This document shows, in pieces, positions 45,299-50,448 of a stretch of DNA of 50,448 bases. The position numbers were made by a program, and so were the translations under genes. Each line of letters starts with the position of its first letter. Position 1 is the first letter of the stretch. Source of the DNA: an uncultured Thermoplasmatales archaeon (GTDB lineage: Archaea; Thermoplasmatota; E2; UBA202; JdFR-43). The stretch covers positions 1-50,448 of the forward strand of contig CAZTDS010000001.1 in the NCBI GenBank assembly GCA_964612535.1, read 5' to 3'. The notes beneath the pieces are model-generated. The model did not search any database. It saw only the letters and a program-made list of their open reading frames with translations, and was not told the DNA's origin.

Positions 45299-45440
45299 GG
45301 GAGCATGGTGTAGCCAGGGATCATAGCGGGCTCCAGTTATGGGGATGATTAAGAGAGGGTCATCCGAGATATGAAGAATAACTGGAGCGATGACCCATAG
45401 AAGAGACCCGCTGACCTGGGTTCAAATCCCAGTGCTCCCA
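45299..45440 (+). tRNA. tRNA-Trp (anticodon CCA) with a 69-nt intron at the canonical 37/38 position (intron 45337-45405)
   Basis: Acceptor GGGAGCA/TGCTCCC; anticodon stem GCGGG (45326-30)/CCCGC (45407-11); loop C-T-CCA-G / intron / A; T arm CTGGG-TTCAAAT-CCCAG; discriminator A. The mature length would be 73 nt. Confidence 0.88.
45339..45398 (+). ncRNA. box C/D guide RNA embedded in the tRNA-Trp intron
   Basis: Terminal stem ATGGG/CCCAT; C box ATGATTA (45345-51); 12-nt spacer; D' CCGA (45364-67); 3-nt loop; C' ATGAAGA (45371-77); 12-nt spacer; D-like ATGA (45390-93). Both spacers are complementary to the host pre-tRNA. Confidence 0.68.
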
Positions 45441-45465
45441 CTATCCTCTCATTAAAGTGATTAAA

Positions 45466-45657
45466 ATGACAGAAAAAAAGGAAATAAAAATAAATGCAAA
45501 ATTGATAATCTCCCTGCTCTCAATACTTGTTGGAATAATATTTTACGTAGCATGGGGAATAACATATGGTGTTTGGGCTGATGTTGGCATATACGCTGTC
45601 ACAGCCATCTTCCTTGCTTTCGGCATTCTCGGGCTTTTATACACGAGGATAGAATAG
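45466..45657 (+). CDS. small two-TM membrane protein (63 aa), function unknown
   Basis: MTEKKEIKINAKLIISLLSILVGIIFYVAWGITYGVWADVGIYAVTAIFLAFGILGLLY. The track start at 45457 is GTG. Lies between tRNA-Trp and tRNA-Val. Confidence 0.4.
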   Translation: MTEKKEIKINAKLIISLLSILVGIIFYVAWGITYGVWADVGIYAVTAIFLAFGILGLLYTRIE

Positions 45658-45662
45658 AAAAA
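45658..45662 (-). terminator. oligo-T tract downstream of tRNA-Val
   Basis: The minus strand reads TTCAAAAATTTTTCT directly after the tRNA 3' end. Confidence 0.3.
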
Positions 45663-45670
45663 TTTTTGAA

Positions 45671-45743
45671 TGGGCTCGGCCGGATTCGAACCGGCGACCT
45701 TCGCCTCGTGAAGGCGACGTCATAACCCCTAGACCACGAGCCC
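45671..45743 (-). tRNA. tRNA-Val (anticodon CAC)
   Basis: Hand-folded. Acceptor GGGCTCG/CGAGCCC; anticodon stem TCGCC/GGCGA with loop TT-CAC-GA; T arm GCCGG-TTCGAAT-CCGGC; discriminator A. Confidence 0.93.
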
Positions 45744-45764
45744 CAAAAGGAAATAAAAACTCTG

Positions 45765-45772
45765 TTTTTAAA
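45765..45772 (-). promoter_or_regulatory. putative TATA box for tRNA-Val
   Basis: Minus-strand TTTAAAAA centred about 26 nt upstream of the tRNA 5' end at 45743. Confidence 0.35.
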
Positions 45773-45787
45773 TGTTTTAGTTTCCAT

Positions 45788-47014
45788 TCATGATAAATCA
45801 ATGCTTTGCAGCGAGGGTATCCAGTCAAATTGAATCCATGGAGTATAGAATATGATGCCAAAAATATACCACATAACTTCTCCTTTTATAACCTGTGGAT
45901 ATATACCATCACCCCAGTAGTTTCTAAGCCAGAGATTTGTAAGTGTTTGATGAATTCCTGCTTTGGATATGGCCGCCACATAACCAAACTCTGCGTGTTT
46001 TTGATTGTTAATGAAATTATTTCTGTAAATGAGGCATCTTTTTGAATCTTGGAGATACAGCCCCTTTCCGTTATTTGTTATATTGTTCTCCTTTACCATT
46101 ATATCCTTAGAATGAGCTATATGCAATCCTCTAAATTGATTACTGGTTATTATATTCCCTCTCACCTTTCCCCTCTTTGCCTCTAAATAGATGCCATATG
46201 CGCTATCCTCTATTCTATTTTTCTCAATAAAAATGCCCGAGGAATCGATGATTTCCATTCCCTTCCAGTTGTGTGAAATATTACAATCGTATATATAACA
46301 TCTTTTCGAATGATATATTCCAATAGCGATAAAATTGTTTGTGATGTTCTGTCTAATTACGGAAACGTTCTTACAATTTATCAATATAATTTGCCCTGCT
46401 CTTCCCTCAACCGATATATCGTGAACGCCCTCCAGATAAATAAGTGGTAAGCCATTTACCGTATTGTTATAAATATTGTTTGGATAACTTCCTCCGAGAA
46501 TCCCGCCATTTATAAATATGTTGTTGGAAACAATATTGTGGTTAGAAAGAAGACACAGAGCAAGATGCATCTCATCTTTGATAAAAATTATATTGTTTGA
46601 TATGGTTGTATTTTCACTCCATGTATCTACATAAATTGCCGAGTTATTCAAATTCTTGATGAAAAGATTTGAGATTGTTACTCCATTTGCCTCCACCAAA
46701 ATTGTTGGACTATCTGTAAATTCAATTATTGTCGTTTCCTTGTTTTCTCCCTTTAATGTAATACTCTTGTTTATAACCAGCCTTTCATAATATGGTGAGG
46801 AGTCATCATATATAAAAATAATATCTCCATCCTCCGCATCATTTATAGCCTCCTGTATTTTTGTGTAATTATCTGGACCTGAACCACCTACGTAAAATAT
46901 ATTCCCGCATCTGAATTCGTCGGTCTCATAAGAAAAAATTCTCTCATTAACTGAAAATGACGAAGGAAGAAGCATCAGCAAAATTACGACTATAGCAATT
47001 CTTTTCACATCCAT
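45788..47014 (-). CDS. secreted right-handed parallel beta-helix (NosD/CASH-like) protein
   Basis: Signal peptide MDVKRIAIVVILLMLLPSSFS. DNYTKIQEAINDAEDGDIIFIYDDSSPY...INKSITLKGE. Many N-x-I repeats. Same family as 44082-45278. The track start at 47029 is TTG; ATG is at 47014. Confidence 0.75.
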   Translation of the reverse strand: MDVKRIAIVVILLMLLPSSFSVNERIFSYETDEFRCGNIFYVGGSGPDNYTKIQEAINDAEDGDIIFIYDDSSPYYERLVINKSITLKGENKETTIIEFTDSPTILVEANGVTISNLFIKNLNNSAIYVDTWSENTTISNNIIFIKDEMHLALCLLSNHNIVSNNIFINGGILGGSYPNNIYNNTVNGLPLIYLEGVHDISVEGRAGQIILINCKNVSVIRQNITNNFIAIGIYHSKRCYIYDCNISHNWKGMEIIDSSGIFIEKNRIEDSAYGIYLEAKRGKVRGNIITSNQFRGLHIAHSKDIMVKENNITNNGKGLYLQDSKRCLIYRNNFINNQKHAEFGYVAAISKAGIHQTLTNLWLRNYWGDGIYPQVIKGEVMWYIFGIIFYTPWIQFDWIPSLQSIDLS

Positions 47015-47108
47015 AAAATGGACGTTCAATATAAGAGTTTCCGTTTATCCCCTCATATTTAAACATGCCTCCCAAAATTTTTTTAATCTTGCCTGCATTC
47101 ATTAGCAA

Positions 47109-47657
47109 ATGCTAAAAGAAATAATATTCTATGGAAGAGGTGGGCAGGGAGCTGTTACCGCTGCCAATCTCATTGCTTCTGCTGCATTAAAAAGTGGCAA
47201 CAAAGGAGTGCAGGCATTTCCCTTTTTCGGTGCCGAGCGGAGAGGGGCGCCGGTTAAAGCTTTTGCGAGGATAAGCGATGAGGAAATATTTGTAAGGAGC
47301 CAGATAAAAGAGCCAGATATAGTTGTGGTGCTTGATACAGGCATCATGGATGTAATCGATGTTACTCAGGGGCTAAAAAAAGATGGGGTGGTTCTGCTTA
47401 ACACAAATAAAAAGCCAGAGGACTTTTCCCTTCCATATAAAGTTGCGACTGTTGATGCAACTTCGATAGCAATAAAAAATGAAATACTTGTAGGAGGGAT
47501 ACCTGTGGTTAACACTCCAATGACAGGCGCCCTCGTTAGAATTCTGGATGGAGTCAAACTCGATGCTCTAAAAGAGGCGATACATGAGCGTTTCGGTAAA
47601 AAAGCTGATAGCAATGCAAAGGCGGCGGAAGAAGCGTATAAGGCGGTGGTAATATGA
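47109..47657 (+). CDS. porG: pyruvate (or 2-ketoisovalerate):ferredoxin oxidoreductase gamma subunit
   Basis: GRGGQGAVTAANLIASAAL, FPFFGAERRGAPV. First gene of a gamma-delta-alpha-beta operon. Confidence 0.9.
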   Translation: MLKEIIFYGRGGQGAVTAANLIASAALKSGNKGVQAFPFFGAERRGAPVKAFARISDEEIFVRSQIKEPDIVVVLDTGIMDVIDVTQGLKKDGVVLLNTNKKPEDFSLPYKVATVDATSIAIKNEILVGGIPVVNTPMTGALVRILDGVKLDALKEAIHERFGKKADSNAKAAEEAYKAVVI

Positions 47658-47905
47658 ATGTTAAGACAGCTATTTCTATTCCGACTGAAGGAGCGATGGG
47701 AAAGACGGGCACATGGCGAGTTTTCAGGCCCGTTATTGATACAAGCAAATGCATAAAGTGCTGGAGATGCTGGATTTTCTGCCCAGATGCTGCCATTTCA
47801 AGAAATGAATATCCGAGTATCGATTATGAATATTGCAAGGGATGTGGAATCTGCAGCAATGTATGCCCTGTAAAAGCAATAGAAATGAGGAGGGAGGAAA
47901 AATGA
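47654..47905 (+). CDS. porD: 2-oxoacid:ferredoxin oxidoreductase delta subunit (2x[4Fe-4S])
   Basis: CIKCWRCWIFCP and CKGCGICSNVCP ferredoxin motifs. ATGA overlaps on both sides. Confidence 0.9.
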   Translation: MNVKTAISIPTEGAMGKTGTWRVFRPVIDTSKCIKCWRCWIFCPDAAISRNEYPSIDYEYCKGCGICSNVCPVKAIEMRREEK

Positions 47906-49017
47906 TTGTTATAGATACTGCAAATCATATCGCTGCTTTGGCAGCGAAGATGGCCAAACCAGCCGTTATAGCTGCATATCCTATTACGCCACAAACAACA
48001 ATTGTGGAACGACTTGCCCAGTATGTGGAAAAAGGTGAGTTAAAGGCAGAATTTATCAGAGTGGAGTCGGAACATTCTGCTATGGCTGCATGCATAGGGG
48101 CTGCAGCAACAGGTGTGAGGACATTCACAGCCACCTCATCGCATGGCTTGCTTCTAATGCATGAAATGCTTCACTGGGCTGGGCTGGCGAGGTTGCCTAT
48201 TGTGATGGTTAATGTAAATCGTGCTCTGGGGCCGGGATGGAACATATGGAGTGATTTGAACGATAGCCTGGCGCAACGCGATACAGGATGGATGCAGTTT
48301 TATGCTTCTAGCAACCAAGAAGTTTTTGACAACATAATTCAGGCATATAAAATTGCAGAGAACAGCGATGTTATGCTCCCTGCAATGATTGCCTATGATG
48401 GCTTTATTTTAAGCCATACATCAATGCCTGTTGAAGTGCCATCGCAACAGGAAATAGATGCATTCCTTCCCCCTTTCAAGCCATCATGGACACTCGATAT
48501 AGAAAACCCGATTACTCATGGCAACATAGTACCTCCAGAGCCGTATATGGAAATTCGCTATTCGATGCACCAAGCAATGGAAAATGCCAAGAAAATCATT
48601 GAGGAAGTTGGAGAGGAATTTGGAAGGAAATTTGGAAGAGAATATGGACTTGTTGAAGAATACAGATGCGAGGATGCAGATTATGTTATAGTTACCATGG
48701 CAGCGTTGGCAGCTGAGGCAAGGGTTGCGGTGGATGAATTAAGGAGCAAGGGAGAGAAGGCAGGATTGCTAAAGTTGAGAACATTCCGTCCATTTCCGCA
48801 TGAATATCTGAAATATGATAAAATGATAGTTATAGATCGTGATATTTCTCCGGGTTTAGGAGGGATAGTTTATAATGAGATAAAGGCAGGAGGAAAGGAA
48901 GTTTATGGTTTCATAGCAGGGCTTGGAGGCGTGGATGTGAGTTATAAGGATATAGAAAGAATTTATGAGCTTGCTAAAGAAGGCAAGGAAGGGTGGTATC
49001 CAACGGAGGTGAAATAA
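47902..49017 (+). CDS. porA: 2-oxoacid:ferredoxin oxidoreductase alpha subunit
   Basis: AAYPITPQTTIVE, ESEHSAMAACIGAAATG. Trimmed to ATG at 47902. Confidence 0.92.
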   Translation: MIVIDTANHIAALAAKMAKPAVIAAYPITPQTTIVERLAQYVEKGELKAEFIRVESEHSAMAACIGAAATGVRTFTATSSHGLLLMHEMLHWAGLARLPIVMVNVNRALGPGWNIWSDLNDSLAQRDTGWMQFYASSNQEVFDNIIQAYKIAENSDVMLPAMIAYDGFILSHTSMPVEVPSQQEIDAFLPPFKPSWTLDIENPITHGNIVPPEPYMEIRYSMHQAMENAKKIIEEVGEEFGRKFGREYGLVEEYRCEDADYVIVTMAALAAEARVAVDELRSKGEKAGLLKLRTFRPFPHEYLKYDKMIVIDRDISPGLGGIVYNEIKAGGKEVYGFIAGLGGVDVSYKDIERIYELAKEGKEGWYPTEVK

Positions 49018-49913
49018 TGGCGATAAAGGATTTGCCACTCGAGGAATATATATTGAAGGGGCATGCTGCCTGCCCTGGCTGTCCTGCAACCATTGCATTG
49101 CGAACAGCTTTAAAGGCGTTGGGGAAGAATACGATGCTTATAGTGCCAGCATCATGTAGCGCAGTAATCCAGGCCTTATATCCCAAAACAGCCTTCAATG
49201 TCCCCACATTAAATATAGCCTTCGAAGCCGCTGCAGCAGCCGCATCAGGCGTGGCAGCAGGACTAAAAGCGCAGGGAAAGGATGACATATTGCCCGTTGT
49301 ATGGGCTGGAGATGGAGGAAGTTATGACATTGGATTGCAGGCATTGTCAGGAGCACTGGAGAGGGGAACGAATTTCATTTATGTGTGCTACAACAATCAG
49401 ATGTATTCAAATACTGGTATACAGAGGAGTGGGGCGACGCCCTACGGCGCATGGACAACAACAACATGGACTGGCAAAAAAGAGCATCAAAAGGAGTTGG
49501 CGGAGATAGTTCTGGCACATCATATTCCGTATGTTGCCACAGCAACGATTGCTTATCCGGAGGATTTATACAATAAGATGAAGAAGGCAAAGGAGATGAA
49601 GGGGCCACGTTATATAGAAATACTTACCCCTTGCCCGCCGGGATGGCGCTTTGATATGAGTAAGACGGTTGAGATGGCTGAGCTTGCGGTTAAGACAGGG
49701 GCATGGGTGCTATATGAGGCAATAAATGGAAAAATTGAATTTACTGGCTACAGCAAACGCATTCTGGAGGGAAAGGAAAGAGAGCCGATAGAAAACTGGC
49801 TAAAAATGCAGGGAAGATTCCGTCATCTTACTGAAGAGGATATAAAAGAAATAAAGCACCGCCTCGACGAAAAATGGGAACGTTATAAACAAATGTATGG
49901 AAAAAAGGAATAA
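49017..49913 (+). CDS. porB: 2-oxoacid:ferredoxin oxidoreductase beta subunit (TPP-binding)
   Basis: HAACPGCPATIALR, GDGGSYDIGLQALSGALERG, NNQMYSNTGIQRSG. Trimmed to ATG at 49017 (TAATG junction). Confidence 0.92.
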   Translation: MAIKDLPLEEYILKGHAACPGCPATIALRTALKALGKNTMLIVPASCSAVIQALYPKTAFNVPTLNIAFEAAAAAASGVAAGLKAQGKDDILPVVWAGDGGSYDIGLQALSGALERGTNFIYVCYNNQMYSNTGIQRSGATPYGAWTTTTWTGKKEHQKELAEIVLAHHIPYVATATIAYPEDLYNKMKKAKEMKGPRYIEILTPCPPGWRFDMSKTVEMAELAVKTGAWVLYEAINGKIEFTGYSKRILEGKEREPIENWLKMQGRFRHLTEEDIKEIKHRLDEKWERYKQMYGKKE

Positions 49914-50177
49914 GAAAACAAGCCAATAACTCCTTCTTTTTCTTTTATATTGCAGGAAATGATTGAGGTAAAGAAGGATATATAATTCGCTTGTGCTCGC
50001 CTAAATTTGCTATTGCAAACTTCACATATCTCCACAAGGATAATTGAGATGGGCTAATCAATTTATGTCCATCTGGTCATCTTTCTTTGCCATACTCACG
50101 ACTTTTTTGGAAGTTAACATGTAATATTCTTCATTCACCCCTTATTTGAGAAACAAAGTTATTTATACCTGATATAT

Positions 50178-50345
50178 ATGAAAATGGGGAGTGAAATGAA
50201 TTTGAAAAGCGTTGTTATTGTTGTTATAGCGATGCTTTTAATCTCATCCTTTCCAGTAACAAATATATGCAGACATTCATCAATCTCAATTTTAACAGAA
50301 GAAAAAACACTGCAAAGCTATTCCTTACCTCCACCAAAAAAATAG
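50178..50345 (+). CDS. short signal-peptide-like ORF, possibly the frameshifted N-terminus of the following nitroreductase gene
   Basis: MKMGSEMNLKSVVIVVIAMLLISSFPV...SYSLPPPKK, then TAG. It ends inside an A7 run (50336-50342) immediately before the nitroreductase ATG, which is in another frame. Confidence 0.3.
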   Translation: MKMGSEMNLKSVVIVVIAMLLISSFPVTNICRHSSISILTEEKTLQSYSLPPPKK

Positions 50346-50347
50346 AG

Positions 50348-50448
50348 ATGCCACTGGAAATAGCTATAGCCAGAAGAAAATCGATAAGAGAATTTAATGA
50401 AACGCCAATAAGCGATGAAATTCTTTCCACCATTTTGTGGGCTGCATA
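50348..50448 (+). CDS. nitroreductase-family protein, N-terminal fragment (3' end lies outside the window)
   Basis: MPLEIAIARRKSIREFNETPISDEILSTILWAA is a typical nitroreductase N-terminus (RRS[IV]R.F ... IL.AA). The frame stays open to the window edge. Confidence 0.6.
   Translation, partial: MPLEIAIARRKSIREFNETPISDEILSTILWAA

Noticed and set aside
45599-45861. Minus-strand ORFs 45599-45787 and 45637-45861 from the track
   Set aside because: They run straight through tRNA-Val (45671-45743) and its promoter. They are reading-frame artefacts of structured RNA sequence.
49914-50177. An apparently non-coding stretch of about 260 bp after porB, examined for an ncRNA or small gene. It contains ATGATTGA, a 6-bp stem AGATGG/CCATCT, and short ORFs of 19 aa or fewer.
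   Set aside because: No convincing box C/D geometry (no correctly spaced CTGA), no stable extended structure, and the ORFs are too short and lack features. It is probably promoter or terminator spacer.
1-50448. Both window ends encode nitroreductase fragments, and joining 50448 to 1 is in-frame, suggesting a circular replicon or wrap-around
   Set aside because: The joined product would be only about 120 aa and would lack the central part of the nitroreductase fold. An in-frame junction has a 1-in-3 chance. The gene content (ribosomal proteins, aaRS, tRNAs) is chromosomal. More likely these are two different paralogs or an arbitrary window cut. This cannot be settled without flanking sequence.
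1-50448. Search for CRISPR arrays, cas genes, integrases, transposases, toxin-antitoxin pairs or defence islands
   Set aside because: No regularly spaced direct repeats were seen, and no ORF carries recognisable nuclease/helicase defence, integrase or transposase motifs. The window is essentially core genome plus surface-protein genes.

Overview
AT-rich, densely coding archaeal chromosomal segment. The archaeal call rests on L31e, L39e, S19e, LX, aIF6, prefoldin alpha, archaeal DnaG primase and an intron-containing tRNA-Trp. A Thermoplasmata/DHVE2-like euryarchaeon is only a guess from gene content. Most of the window is housekeeping. It holds the conserved translation cluster S19e-PDCD5-L39e-L31e-aIF6-LX-PfdA-FtsY, plus argS, glyA, folC, ubiX, MTAP, dnaG, an IscU-type scaffold, a CobO-type adenosyltransferase, sucCD and a four-subunit 2-oxoacid:ferredoxin oxidoreductase (gamma-delta-alpha-beta). 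There are five tRNAs: Arg-CCU, Asn-GUU, Pro-CGG, Val-CAC and Trp-CCA. Interspersed are many signal-peptide surface or secreted proteins: two PKD paralogs, two parallel beta-helix proteins, an HEXXH metalloprotease, an S16 Lon-like protease, a caspase-fold peptidase and a GATase1-like exoprotein. I saw no CRISPR array, integrase, transposase or recognisable defence island. I did not find a convincing wholly new multi-gene system. The best leads are: (1) a complete box C/D guide RNA inside the tRNA-Trp intron, aimed at positions 34 and 39 of its own host tRNA; (2) a 123-bp MITE-like element with imperfect terminal inverted repeats and 9-bp flanking direct repeats; (3) a 98-aa acidic protein ending in a ribosomal P-stalk-like tail (EGMGFIFG); (4) a tandem secreted S16 plus caspase-fold peptidase pair; (5) AMMECR1 tightly coupled to a PflX-type radical SAM enzyme; (6) L31e with a roughly 90-aa E/K-rich tail; (7) an EF-hand loop inside HtpX. 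The ORF track missed rpl39e (51 aa). Several track ORFs have non-ATG or over-extended N-termini, which I trimmed.
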